From Escherichia phage vB_EcoS-DELF2, in the sequence record NC_049832.1: a DNA stretch of 50,168 nt. The stretch is one strand, 5' to 3'. A program made the position numbers and the translations under genes. Below are positions 18,458-27,451 of this stretch, piece by piece. How positions within the stretch are numbered: position 1 is the stretch's first letter; each line of letters begins with the position of its first letter. Below the pieces are notes generated by a model, which saw only the letters and a list, made by a program, of their open reading frames with translations, searched no databases and was not told the DNA's origin.

Positions 18458-18688
18458 GTGGCAATTAAACACACCGGATTAAAGAAAGCAATCCAGCGCG
18501 CCAATGATGAGGGATTCATCGTCTACCGCACACATTACGGTCACATGGGCGGGATTAAAGATCATCACACTAAGGTCGAGCTTGTCGACCTTTTGGATGA
18601 TTACGATACATTCCAGTATATCGCTACGTCTGACATAGAGGCGCAAGTGAAATACATCAACGACACAATTGATAGTTTCAGAGGGTAA
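18458..18688 (+). CDS. hypothetical protein (paralog of 18691..19071)
   Basis: AGGAG RBS then GTG; shares KKAIQRANDEGF-like N-terminus with next gene. Confidence 0.4.
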   Translation: MAIKHTGLKKAIQRANDEGFIVYRTHYGHMGGIKDHHTKVELVDLLDDYDTFQYIATSDIEAQVKYINDTIDSFRG

Positions 18689-18690
18689 TT

Positions 18691-19071
18691 ATGACAGATT
18701 CAAAACTTCAGGCAGCAATTGACCGCGCAAATGAGAAAGGTTTCACTGTTGAAATTTGCAATCGCTTGGTGGGCGGGATAATCCACCCCAGCAACCGAGT
18801 TGTTATCACTCAGCGCGATACAGGGATCAGTATCACGGATATATTCACCATTAAAGAACATCAGAGCATGATTTCTTACATCAATCGACATGTCGGATCG
18901 GTTGAGTTCGGGAGGCTGGATGGTGACGAGAAGGAGGCTATCATTGACAACCTTCTCGAAGAGGTCAGTCTCGCATTTGAAGAACGACCGGATAACGGAA
19001 CGACACGTTGGGATTGCGATAAGCTGGACGCAATAAACCGCATCCGTGAAATCCTGGAGGAAAAATTATGA
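18691..19071 (+). CDS. hypothetical protein (paralog of 18458..18688)
   Basis: QAAIDRANEKGF N-terminal motif. Confidence 0.45.
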   Translation: MTDSKLQAAIDRANEKGFTVEICNRLVGGIIHPSNRVVITQRDTGISITDIFTIKEHQSMISYINRHVGSVEFGRLDGDEKEAIIDNLLEEVSLAFEERPDNGTTRWDCDKLDAINRIREILEEKL

Positions 19072-19099
19072 TCGTATATATCTATACTGGAGGCATTGC

Positions 19100-19300
19100 A
19101 TGAGTGATAATATTTACCGCGTGGTGGCGATCTCACGAAAAACACAGAAGCGCGTAATCGCTTACATGGGTAGTAGCGCCATTGAAGCTACGGACGCCTT
19201 CGAGTTATTGAAGAATAACGAGGGATTTATGAACACGTTCCGCGTTCGACTTGAGCGTCTCGAACCTGTTATCATTGATGAAGCGCGGAAGCTATCCTGA
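19100..19300 (+). CDS. hypothetical small protein
   Basis: GGAGG RBS before ATG 19100. Confidence 0.4.
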   Translation: MSDNIYRVVAISRKTQKRVIAYMGSSAIEATDAFELLKNNEGFMNTFRVRLERLEPVIIDEARKLS

Positions 19301-19316
19301 CTGGTTAGGGGGGGTA

Positions 19317-19637
19317 ATGAACCACACTTACAAAATCACAACGAAGTCACCGAAGATTAACGGAAGCACGGTTGCGGCACTAAATAACGCGGCGGCAATC
19401 CACGAAAAAAACATCATGGAGCGCGTTAAGGCGGCAGTAGGCCGATTCTACGGAATCAACGCAGACATTGCCGACAGCAAGCGTCTATTTAAATACGTGC
19501 CAGGTCATCCATACGGCCGGATGATTGACATTAAGCACAACAAGGAGCTTGTTCGAATTGGATCGCTTAGCGTTGACGAGTTCGATCATAGCATTAACCT
19601 GGTTACGGCATATCAAACATGGGACGGTAAAAAATGA
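19317..19637 (+). CDS. hypothetical protein
   Basis: GGGGGG RBS before ATG 19317. Confidence 0.4.
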   Translation: MNHTYKITTKSPKINGSTVAALNNAAAIHEKNIMERVKAAVGRFYGINADIADSKRLFKYVPGHPYGRMIDIKHNKELVRIGSLSVDEFDHSINLVTAYQTWDGKK

Positions 19638-19777
19638 TTTATGTTCACACCTTTTATACAGGCAAGTTTAATAGCGTAAAAAATGTTCGCGTTTACGATA
19701 GTCGCCAAAAAGCAATTATGCAGAAAGCAGTGCTAGGAGGCACAATCAAAGAGTGCAAAGTAATTTCTGAGTACTGA
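19634..19777 (+). CDS. hypothetical 47-aa protein (below ORF-track threshold)
   Basis: ATGA start/stop overlap with upstream gene; stop TGA merges into motif copy. Confidence 0.3.
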   Translation: MIYVHTFYTGKFNSVKNVRVYDSRQKAIMQKAVLGGTIKECKVISEY

Positions 19778-19795
19778 TAGCACAAACTGCTAAAG
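19777..19795 (+). promoter_or_regulatory. palindrome motif variant (ATAGCACAAACTGCTAAAG) with TATATT -10
   Basis: Read directly. Confidence 0.45.
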
Positions 19796-19854
19796 ACACA
19801 CACCAGGGAGTGAGGTATATTACTCCCATACCAAACGAAACAAAGGAATTAAAA

Positions 19855-20079
19855 ATGAGCATTAAAGTTGAGAATATCATCAAGCACTTGAACGCAAAAG
19901 GCCGCGTCGTTATCAAGATGGATAAGTCTTCAGGCTTTATTTCAATGACGGTAACTAAGACACGTAACGGAAATAGTGTTATCGGAAGCGTGCCAGGCTC
20001 TCGACTGATAAATGCAACAGATGCGGATGTTCGTGCAACGCTTGAGGCTAACTCGATTTACATTAATTCGTGGAGCTAA
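19855..20079 (+). CDS. hypothetical small protein
   Basis: AAGGAA RBS before ATG 19855. Confidence 0.4.
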   Translation: MSIKVENIIKHLNAKGRVVIKMDKSSGFISMTVTKTRNGNSVIGSVPGSRLINATDADVRATLEANSIYINSWS

Positions 20080-20293
20080 TTAATGGAACAAGATAATTTC
20101 TGGACTCGTTATTTTGCAGCGCTTGATGACGGGCTTAGTGCCGAGTGGTGCATCAAATGTCGCATATAAAGAAATAACACTTGATGAGGCTCTTGGTGAT
20201 ATGGATATGGATACTGAAAGCGAATACGATCATAACTTTGAGATGCCCGGCGATGATATTGATGATAATGACGACGATTGCATTCCCTGGTAA

Positions 20294-20311
20294 ATAGCAC
20301 GATTTGTTAAT
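20294..20311 (+). promoter_or_regulatory. palindrome motif copy with TGaTAAAGT -10 and ACCAATCAGGAG leader
   Basis: Read directly. Confidence 0.5.
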
Positions 20312-20373
20312 ATTGCCGTAAGGTCATTTGATAAAGTGGCCTTATTCAAGATAACCAATCAGGAGCTAACGCC

Positions 20374-20790
20374 ATGAAATCCATCAAACTGAAATGCACT
20401 TCCGCAGAAAAAATCACAGGATTCGAAGTTAATAATCTGTACAAAGGTCGAGAGCACGATGATGGCACTCGCGAAGTAAAGTTGAAATGCGGTAAGTATT
20501 TAAAACTTGAAAAGCATGATGAATTACAGATTCGCGGATCTGATGAAATCTTCTTCGCGAAGTTCACCGAGTTGAAAACAAAGACGCTCAAGTGCACCGG
20601 GCTTAACCATCGCAACCCAATGAAAAAATCATTCAAGGTTGGCAAGCGTTACCAGGTTGAAAGCGGTCGCGCTCTCGGTGGTGTAGCTGGTTACATATTT
20701 GATGAGGACGGTTGCCGCTGGACATTATTCCGCGAAGAGGTGGGTTTTAGTATCGCGGACGGCACAACCTTTGAGGCCAAATACTTATAA
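20374..20790 (+). CDS. repeat-domain protein (same domain family as 11633..12289)
   Basis: Two copies of K-L-K-C-T...F.VG.Y-like repeat. Confidence 0.45.
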   Translation: MKSIKLKCTSAEKITGFEVNNLYKGREHDDGTREVKLKCGKYLKLEKHDELQIRGSDEIFFAKFTELKTKTLKCTGLNHRNPMKKSFKVGKRYQVESGRALGGVAGYIFDEDGCRWTLFREEVGFSIADGTTFEAKYL

Positions 20791-20793
20791 CCA

Positions 20794-20811
20794 ATAGCAC
20801 TTTTTGCAAAA
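20794..20811 (+). promoter_or_regulatory. palindrome motif variant (ATAGCACTTTTTGCAAAA)
   Basis: Immediately after stop of 20374..20790; weak -10 TATCAT. Confidence 0.4.
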
Positions 20812-20866
20812 CGCGTGTACCATTGGCGGTGTATCATTCACACCGTCAACAAAGGAGTTTATTGTG

Positions 20867-22435
20867 ATGTTTAATATTAAGCCAAAGCTGAATTATCAAC
20901 AGATTATTGAGATCGCAAATAGCACTGGAGTTAATCCGGTGGCGATCGCAATTCGTGAAAACAGCTACGGGGATTCAGTTTCGTTTTGGCAAGATCCGAT
21001 CGACATCAACAGCGGAAACGATAAGTTCCCGCTGATTTCGTTAGGTGGCGATAACCTGGTATTCGAATATGCAAAGGCAAAGGCTGAGTCTGTACAGTTC
21101 CCTGTTTCGTCTGCGTACGCTCATTTCATTGGGTGCATCTCAGCCGCGATGCTCGGGAAGTTTTGGGTGCAATATCACGGAGAAGAGCAACCGACCGCTC
21201 TTTATATGGTGATTAGCCAGCCACCTTCAACAGGTAAATCAGCGATTAACTCAGCGGCGATTACACCTATGCGTGCGGAGATTCAGCGGCTGAATGAAGA
21301 GCGAAAAAAGGAACGTATCCGTTTAACCAGTCAGCTACGTCAGGTCGAGAAGGAAATTAAAAACGACCCTAAGGGTAACACAACGGCGGCACTGTACGAG
21401 GACAAAGAAAAACTGGAAGAGAAGATCAAGAAGATGGCTGATATTGTTTTTGCTGTATCAGATCCTACACCGGAAGGTCTTGCGAAAGTAGCTGCTGTTC
21501 AGGGGCACTTTTCCGTAATCTCTGATGAGGCAACGGCAATAAATACATTGCTCGGGCTTACGTATGGCGGTTCAGATAAGAAATCTAACAGTGAGCTTAT
21601 TCTTAAGGCGTGGGATAAAAACCACATGGAGGTCGCGCGCTCCAATCAGGACAACAACTTGTCTCTTTGCCCGGTTGGCTCGATCTGCGTAATTGCGCAG
21701 GATGAAACAATCAAAGGTATCATGGACGCAGGCCAGCGCGGCATCGGTGTATCTGAGCGTTTCCTATTGGTTCGCGAGGAGCCGCTTTTAGGTACTCGTA
21801 TTCTTTGTGATGAAAATGGTGATGCTCTGTATAAGGAAGTCGATCGCGGATTAGTGAGTAAATACTATCGACTCGTTCACAACATTATGAAGGAGGACAA
21901 CGTCGTTCTCTCTGTAAGCCGTAATGCTATGCGTGAATTAAACCTTGCGCGTCAGGCGATGGAACCGGATTTCGCCGCCGGGGGAAAATACTCTCACTCA
22001 ATGCTACGCGGTCATCTCGGTAAGTTCGATAAGCACGCTTTGCGCATTGCTTCAGTTCTTCACACGATCAAGAATTGGGATGGTGAATCACCGAACCGTT
22101 CCAATCGTGAGATTGACCTTGAAACAATGCAGGAAGCGATCATGATCTTCAATGAGCTTTCCAGGACTTACCTGTCATCTGCCAGCGCTGCCGGGTATGC
22201 AGGTGATGAGGCTGAATCTCGTAAGCTGATTGATGTTATCACTGAGATCGCGAAGAAGAACAAAGGCCGCGCACCTATTCATAGCATCGTTGCAAAGTGC
22301 CGGAACGTTACGCCGTTCAACGGTCAACAGAAAGTATCTGAGCGAATCGACAGCCTGCTGATCACGCTCGAAGAGATGAACTACACTTGCCGGATTGATG
22401 ATATTGTTTTCATCAACCCTCGACTGATTGGTTAA
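20867..22435 (+). CDS. P-loop NTPase (putative replication-associated ATPase)
   Basis: Walker A QPPSTGKS, Walker B-like VISDEA; AAGGAG RBS before ATG 20867. Confidence 0.4.
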   Translation: MFNIKPKLNYQQIIEIANSTGVNPVAIAIRENSYGDSVSFWQDPIDINSGNDKFPLISLGGDNLVFEYAKAKAESVQFPVSSAYAHFIGCISAAMLGKFWVQYHGEEQPTALYMVISQPPSTGKSAINSAAITPMRAEIQRLNEERKKERIRLTSQLRQVEKEIKNDPKGNTTAALYEDKEKLEEKIKKMADIVFAVSDPTPEGLAKVAAVQGHFSVISDEATAINTLLGLTYGGSDKKSNSELILKAWDKNHMEVARSNQDNNLSLCPVGSICVIAQDETIKGIMDAGQRGIGVSERFLLVREEPLLGTRILCDENGDALYKEVDRGLVSKYYRLVHNIMKEDNVVLSVSRNAMRELNLARQAMEPDFAAGGKYSHSMLRGHLGKFDKHALRIASVLHTIKNWDGESPNRSNREIDLETMQEAIMIFNELSRTYLSSASAAGYAGDEAESRKLIDVITEIAKKNKGRAPIHSIVAKCRNVTPFNGQQKVSERIDSLLITLEEMNYTCRIDDIVFINPRLIG

Positions 22436-22439
22436 TAAT

Positions 22440-22847
22440 ATGCTTCTTCTTTTAGATCTGTTCAGGTTCTGCGAAGGTTACGACAAATACACTCGACAGC
22501 ACATAGCGAAATTTATATACGCCCACAAGGAAAGTGAGCGATTTGCTAAGGCCGCCGGAATGACTCGCCGTGAATTTACAAGCGCGCTATCTAAGGAGTT
22601 TTGCTCACGCTGTGTAGCTGAGGGTTATCTTGATTGCAGGGATGGGTTTTACTGGTGCAAGGGAAAGATTAAGCGCCCGGTAATGATGAAGCTGATGTGT
22701 ATTGATGGCTACAACAATCGGTATACGTGGGAAATGATGCACATTGGAGAGATGAGTGATGAGGATTTGTTTGGCGAACGTAGAAACATTGATAGATCGG
22801 AACGTAGAATTGTGCGCAAGGCTCCAGCTTACGAAAGAAGAATTTGA
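22440..22847 (+). CDS. hypothetical protein
   Basis: Cys-rich; follows the ATPase gene. Confidence 0.35.
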   Translation: MLLLLDLFRFCEGYDKYTRQHIAKFIYAHKESERFAKAAGMTRREFTSALSKEFCSRCVAEGYLDCRDGFYWCKGKIKRPVMMKLMCIDGYNNRYTWEMMHIGEMSDEDLFGERRNIDRSERRIVRKAPAYERRI

Positions 22848-22959
22848 GCAAGGGTTGTTGAGTCTGTTGCTCACTTCAATGAGGGCCAGTAACGAAAGCG
22901 AGCATAATCTTTGCGACCATGAGGGGGAGTTACTACTTAACGTAAAAAGGTACAAATAA
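22756..22959 (+). CDS. hypothetical small protein (overlaps 3' end of previous ORF)
   Basis: ORF ending just before terminator hairpin. Confidence 0.25.
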   Translation: MMRICLANVETLIDRNVELCARLQLTKEEFEQGLLSLLLTSMRASNESEHNLCDHEGELLLNVKRYK

Positions 22960-22960
22960 C

Positions 22961-22987
22961 AAAGGAGGCTAAGCCTCCTTTTTTTCG
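22961..22987. terminator. bidirectional terminator AAAGGAGGCT-A-AGCCTCCTTT plus T-run
   Basis: Between convergent plus block and spanin gene; spanin C-terminus overlaps hairpin. Confidence 0.65.
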
Positions 22988-23373
22988 TCCTTACGAAGTG
23001 AAAAATAAACCAGCAATAGACCGATAAAAACGAGAATCCAGCCAACGATAGCATCGTACCAGTTTTCCGGTTTTGTTACTGTGATGCTTTCAGCGTTAAC
23101 CGTGTTAGCCTTAATGGTTGACACTTCAATTGACTTCTTCAAGGAAGAGTCAATCTTTCCTACATTGGACTTCTCAACTTTAACATCTCGCTTATCTTCG
23201 GATTTTGCGGTTACTCCTGCTAATTGCTTTGTGTTCTCCTCTCCGATTTGTGCTGTAACTTCCGGTTTAGATCCGATTAAACCGCTCAGGGCAGATGCCG
23301 TCGAACAACCGGATAGGGAAATAACGCCAACAGCCACTGCAATCGCAATGCACGTTTTCTTCAGTTTCATCAT
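22969..23373 (-). CDS. unimolecular spanin (lipoprotein with C-terminal transmembrane helix)
   Basis: Signal peptide with lipobox LSGC; C-terminal [16 protein letters not shown]; downstream of endolysin. Confidence 0.65.
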   Translation of the reverse strand: MMKLKKTCIAIAVAVGVISLSGCSTASALSGLIGSKPEVTAQIGEENTKQLAGVTAKSEDKRDVKVEKSNVGKIDSSLKKSIEVSTIKANTVNAESITVTKPENWYDAIVGWILVFIGLLLVYFSLRKDEKKEA

Positions 23374-23858
23374 AATTCCTTAACGCAATACGCGTATTCT
23401 TCAGCGCGTCGGTTCTTTAGTCCTCTAGACACTTCGCGCTTTTTGGTTTTTGGGTTGTAGTAGTATACCCATCGCCATAACTGATTGCACGCTTCCTTGT
23501 GCTTACTCTGATTTATTAGCTTAAGCATTGTAGAAGATCCGAACGCGCCAGTACCGACGTTGAAAGTGAAGCTGTACAGTGACGCGCGCATCGTTACCGG
23601 AATATCAACATTCACCTTTTTGTCAACGTATCGCTGAGCGACGCCGATATGTTTTATCAGCAATGCATCGCATTCTCGCTTAGTGTATTTCTTACCAGGT
23701 ATGACGTCCGGCCCGGTTATTCCGCTGCATACGGTAGGGACTCCGGCGATATCGTAATACACCTCGTATTCTATCCCTTCGATTCGTTCCAGCAGGGTAG
23801 GCGTCAACGTCAAAGCAGCCCCGATCGATGCGCCTATAACGTTATTTTTTAAGCTCAT
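23370..23858 (-). CDS. SAR endolysin (glycoside hydrolase family 24 lysozyme)
   Basis: N-terminal weakly hydrophobic Gly/Ala-rich signal-anchor-release segment, then lysozyme-like domain. Confidence 0.8.
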   Translation of the reverse strand: MSLKNNVIGASIGAALTLTPTLLERIEGIEYEVYYDIAGVPTVCSGITGPDVIPGKKYTKRECDALLIKHIGVAQRYVDKKVNVDIPVTMRASLYSFTFNVGTGAFGSSTMLKLINQSKHKEACNQLWRWVYYYNPKTKKREVSRGLKNRRAEEYAYCVKEL

Positions 23859-24073
23859 TATCTCCCCCTGATCTTAAGTGCCTTATTTAGATCGCCATCG
23901 TTTAACGCTTCCTGAATCGCCTTGCTATCACGATACTTCCAGTATGCGCCCCAAGCACCAAAAAGCAGAAAGCAAATGAATGTAGCGCCAGCAATATAAA
24001 TCTGCCCGGTCGCCGCCCCCACTAATGAAGCCCCGCCCGTGCTAGACGTAGCTGCGGTTAAAAATTCTTTCAT
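23858..24073 (-). CDS. holin (pinholin-like, two TMDs)
   Basis: Two hydrophobic segments, charged C-terminus; directly upstream of endolysin; ATG at 24073 (track start 24136 is a TTG). Confidence 0.6.
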   Translation of the reverse strand: MKEFLTAATSSTGGASLVGAATGQIYIAGATFICFLLFGAWGAYWKYRDSKAIQEALNDGDLNKALKIRGR

Positions 24074-24193
24074 AATCTCACCATATATTTTTTGAACAAG
24101 TGAGTTGATTTTAACCTTCAAATTTATTTTACACAACGCAAAAAGGCCAGCATGTAAATCATGCCAGCCTGTAAGGTGATGAATGCTATTGTT

Positions 24194-24370
24194 AATCTAT
24201 CTCAATAAATTCCAGGTAGTGACCGTTCAGAGGAACATGGATTGCTGAACCTCGCCCGTCGTAAATCTCAAATAATCCCCCACAGAAATCATAACCAACA
24301 CTATAGATCTGATTTACACGGAATGGAAGTGTCTTGGAGTCATTTCGGATGCACTTAACTAGCTTCATGA
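24194..24370 (-). CDS. hypothetical 59-aa protein (below track threshold)
   Basis: Preceded by diverged motif copy 24421..24440, CATAGT -10 and AAGAGG RBS. Confidence 0.3.
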
Positions 24371-24420
24371 TATAGCCTCTTTGTTTCGATGTGGTTACTA
24401 TGCCCGAATCCCTTCGGACG

Positions 24421-24440
24421 TTTTTATCAATTAGTGCGAT
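24421..24440 (-). promoter_or_regulatory. diverged palindrome motif (plus text TTTTTATCAATTAGTGCGAT) with CATAGT -10
   Basis: Same 19-nt spacing and AACCACATCGAAAC leader. Confidence 0.4.
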
Positions 24441-25582
24441 CCTGTCATTTCTGGACGATAGATGAAGCGACCTATTTCCCCAAACTGCTTATCGTAAACA
24501 ATTACAGCCGCCTGGCGATATGAGCGCCACCCTCCGCGTGCTGCGTATGCATCTTTCGCGCCTAACTGACCGTGCACTTCATCAATACCAAGCGAGTGCT
24601 CAGTGATTGTCTGGTGATGCCAGTGACCACTATGAGTATACACATACTTGCTCTCGCCGAAGTCTGATCGGAAATCTGCCGCCATTGCTGCAAGTCGCGT
24701 GTCTGCCTTTTTCATAGTGTGCCCGTGAGTGTATCCCAACAAGGTATTTCCCCAACGAGTCTTATGCAGAATCATAGGACTAACGTCAACGAATACTCGC
24801 GGCTCGTCTTCATAATATGCCGACATTGCAGCGCGTAGCCAAATCATCCCTGCCTGGTCGTGGTTCCCTTCGATAACCTGGACTTCGACTTCCTTGTGTT
24901 TCAGTAGCATTTTGTCGATAGCGCGACGAACAGATCTAATAGCTACATGCACCAATTTTGCATATCGTGAATCCTGATCCAGAACGTGACCACTTGCCGG
25001 GGTAACAGCATCAAGACCGTCCGAGTGAAGGAAGTCACCGCCGATTAAAAGAACGGCCTTCTCTGCGTTCGGAGCAATATCGATCGCGTAATTAAAGAAG
25101 TCGCTAAGCACTTTTTCCGCTACGTCGGTAGAGTAGTTCTCTCCACATTCATGCTTATGAGCAAGCGCGCCAATGTGAAGATCGAACACCGGGTATAGTG
25201 CCAGCTTGCCAATAGCGGTTGTAAGACCTTGCGATGTGAGTAGCTCAGTTGGCTTTGCTCGCGGCAAGTCTTCACAAAATGCAATGCGTGCAGCTTCCAT
25301 CATAGCTGCAATCTTCTCACGGTCCTGATCGGTCTTAACCCATCGCACGACCTCAGTCCCATCACCGCGAATCATTGTTGATGTGCCTTTTACCATGAAG
25401 CCTTCAGGAACGTTTTTAGCAACATGCTCATTGCCGTGAAAGTGGCCTTCTTTTGCCAATTTTGCGTGTCGAGCCTCAACAGTTCGAATATGCATACCGT
25501 ACTTTTCCGCGATCTCGCGAAGTGTAAGGCCGTTCATGCGCTCTTCGACAAGTTGCTCGGTAGTGATTTTAGCTTGTGACAT
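24431..25582 (-). CDS. metallophosphoesterase with N-terminal helix-turn-helix
   Basis: Calcineurin-like motifs GDFLHSD, GNHD, GHTHG, GHWHH; N-terminal HTH LTLREIAEKYGMHIRTVEARH. Confidence 0.7.
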   Translation of the reverse strand: MSQAKITTEQLVEERMNGLTLREIAEKYGMHIRTVEARHAKLAKEGHFHGNEHVAKNVPEGFMVKGTSTMIRGDGTEVVRWVKTDQDREKIAAMMEAARIAFCEDLPRAKPTELLTSQGLTTAIGKLALYPVFDLHIGALAHKHECGENYSTDVAEKVLSDFFNYAIDIAPNAEKAVLLIGGDFLHSDGLDAVTPASGHVLDQDSRYAKLVHVAIRSVRRAIDKMLLKHKEVEVQVIEGNHDQAGMIWLRAAMSAYYEDEPRVFVDVSPMILHKTRWGNTLLGYTHGHTMKKADTRLAAMAADFRSDFGESKYVYTHSGHWHHQTITEHSLGIDEVHGQLGAKDAYAARGGWRSYRQAAVIVYDKQFGEIGRFIYRPEMTGSH

Positions 25583-25660
25583 ATTTTAATCCTTACATGA
25601 TAATGAAATACATTACTGAAAATGAAATTAGCGGTGTTAATACTACAGCAAAATAAAGTT

Positions 25661-26062
25661 TCATGCCACAGCCTTCAACCAGAATCCTAGATCTGAAGAT
25701 TTAAACTCAACGAGTTTTCCTTCAACCTCAAGCATCATACTGTTTCGGCCAGGTGAGTAGTAACCTATATGCAACTCCTGCTCAATACCGATAGTGCAAA
25801 GCACGTTAACAAAGTCAGGTGGCAACCAGTCAGAGAAAGGAATTTGCTTAACCTGCTTTTTACCGATCCATATTTCCTGGTATTCGTCCGCATTAATATT
25901 TAAGCCGGGAAGACTTGCCGTTTTTTGTGGATTTTCTTTCTCGCTCAATTCTCTTTCCCTCTTCGCGGTAAAACTCAAGTGATGGAGTTGCTGGAACTCT
26001 ATGCATTTTTCTCGGCATATCTTCCATAAATGAAATCTTGCCGTTTGAGATAATGCTAACAT
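25661..26062 (-). CDS. hypothetical protein (true start probably internal TTG)
   Basis: C-terminal two-thirds protein-like; overlaps 25893..26165. Confidence 0.35.
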   Translation of the reverse strand: MLALSQTARFHLWKICREKCIEFQQLHHLSFTAKRERELSEKENPQKTASLPGLNINADEYQEIWIGKKQVKQIPFSDWLPPDFVNVLCTIGIEQELHIGYYSPGRNSMMLEVEGKLVEFKSSDLGFWLKAVA

Positions 26063-26165
26063 CCTTTATATCGAAATATTTTGCTATTAGTGCTATATCG
26101 TCTGAGATTCCGCACTCCTTCGCGTGCTCCCAAACCTCTCGTTTACCTTGTTTTTTTATCAGCAT
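25893..26165 (-). CDS. hypothetical protein
   Basis: 90 aa ORF with Lys/Arg/Glu-rich tail. Confidence 0.3.
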   Translation of the reverse strand: MLIKKQGKREVWEHAKECGISDDIALIAKYFDIKDVSIISNGKISFMEDMPRKMHRVPATPSLEFYREEGKRIERERKSTKNGKSSRLKY

Positions 26166-26352
26166 TGGTTAGTTTCTCCACGCTTTCAATAAAACACTCA
26201 ACATCTTTGACTGAGCAGAGGTAATAAGCCATTTTAAGGAAGTTCATAGCAATATCCCAATCAAAGTTGCCGCCTTTCTTGTCAGTGATATGAACAGCCA
26301 TTTTTGCGGACTGTTGAGCGATATTGAAAAAGTTTGCATTAATGCGTGCCAT
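26143..26352 (-). CDS. hypothetical protein
   Basis: GAGGAA RBS before ATG 26352. Confidence 0.4.
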   Translation of the reverse strand: MARINANFFNIAQQSAKMAVHITDKKGGNFDWDIAMNFLKMAYYLCSVKDVECFIESVEKLTNADKKTR

Positions 26353-26409
26353 CTTCTGATTCCTCATTTCGTTTCTATGAAATAACTATACCCGACTTTC
26401 GCCGGGTAT

Positions 26410-26428
26410 TTTTAGCAATTAGTGCTGT
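26410..26428 (-). promoter_or_regulatory. palindrome motif variant with TATAGT -10 and hairpin in spacer
   Basis: Read directly. Confidence 0.5.
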
Positions 26429-26670
26429 ACGATTGTATCAGCTTTAAGTTCTTCCACGTCTTTCTGTATGATTGAAGGCCAATTCTCTATGTATTCATTT
26501 TTTATCTCATCGAAAGACATATCAAGAGAACTAGTGAACTCCCACAGATCGCAACCAATAACATCCTGAGTCAATCCGTTTCGCTCCATAATTTCGCAGC
26601 AGGTAGCTCGATAAAGCAGCCATAAACCTTGATCAGTTAACTTAACCGGAATCATTTTCTCGTTCATCAT
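26419..26670 (-). CDS. hypothetical protein
   Basis: Start overlaps Dam stop. Confidence 0.4.
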   Translation of the reverse strand: MMNEKMIPVKLTDQGLWLLYRATCCEIMERNGLTQDVIGCDLWEFTSSLDMSFDEIKNEYIENWPSIIQKDVEELKADTIVQH

Positions 26671-27380
26671 ACTTTCCTCACTTTTGCGCGCTTGTTTTTC
26701 ACCGAAGGGCAAATGCTTGTTATTGGGATATAGTGAGTTTGCTGCGTCTCACCCTCTTTAAGTTTGCGCATAATGAAAATTACCGAACCTTTGTTATTGC
26801 CGTCAACCGCCTTTCCAGTTTCACCGGATATGAAAGCCAGGCGACCAGATCGGGCGTACTCGTTACCGTCGATATCTTCAGTCAAGTCAGCTTCAATCCA
26901 GATAATCTCAGCCGCGTTCTGTCTCGCCTCAGTAAACCACGCTGTGGAATTATCGGCAGGCAACAGAATATCAATCTGATTGTTGTGCTCCATTTGCTCG
27001 ATCGCCTTCTTGACGAATATATCAGGTCGACTATAAGGAGGATTTAACCAAACGTGCTTATTCTTTCCCCACCAACGTTTTAAGCAGTTTGTTTCCTGAG
27101 AGTAAAACTTCTCGCAAACTTTATTTTCTTCGCTTGCCGCAGCGTCGAGATCATATTTCCCATAACGACCCTCAAGGTATGCAATAACCTCGCGCGGAGT
27201 TGACCATAAATCACGAACAGCGTCAGGGGTATTTGTCCCCTTGTATCGACGCCCTGAAATCTCTTTGCAGGTTGGCGTTTTCAATGCCTGATAATAACCG
27301 CCTGATGCTATTGCTTCGCGAGTGAATGAGCAACCAGTTTCTGCAAAGTCGATAGTTTCGATATCATTAAAGTCTTTCAT
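26667..27380 (-). CDS. dam: DNA N6-adenine methyltransferase (Dam-like)
   Basis: NPPY catalytic motif (WLNPPYSRPD). Confidence 0.75.
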   Translation of the reverse strand: MKDFNDIETIDFAETGCSFTREAIASGGYYQALKTPTCKEISGRRYKGTNTPDAVRDLWSTPREVIAYLEGRYGKYDLDAAASEENKVCEKFYSQETNCLKRWWGKNKHVWLNPPYSRPDIFVKKAIEQMEHNNQIDILLPADNSTAWFTEARQNAAEIIWIEADLTEDIDGNEYARSGRLAFISGETGKAVDGNNKGSVIFIMRKLKEGETQQTHYIPITSICPSVKNKRAKVRKV

Positions 27381-27432
27381 TTTTATTCCTCTCGTTTTGG
27401 TGAGATAATAATGCCAGATTCCATCCCGGCAG

Positions 27433-27451
27433 TTTTAACAAAAAGTGCTAT
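27433..27451 (-). promoter_or_regulatory. palindrome motif copy with TGgCATTAT -10
   Basis: Read directly upstream of Dam gene. Confidence 0.55.

Noticed and set aside
24141-24175. Hairpin-like sequence upstream of the holin gene as a terminator
   Set aside because: Arms (GGCCAGCATG / CATGCCAGCC) are largely a direct, not inverted, repeat; only about 4+3 bp can pair, so an intrinsic terminator is not supported.
25893-26062. Possible programmed frameshift between overlapping ORFs 25893..26165 and 25661..26062 at an A-run (A_AAA_AAC, about 25920..25926)
   Set aside because: The downstream ORF is in the +1 frame, not -1; a -1 slip on the heptamer terminates after 8 codons. The downstream ORF more likely starts at an internal TTG with a GAGGG RBS; a homopolymer indel error cannot be excluded.
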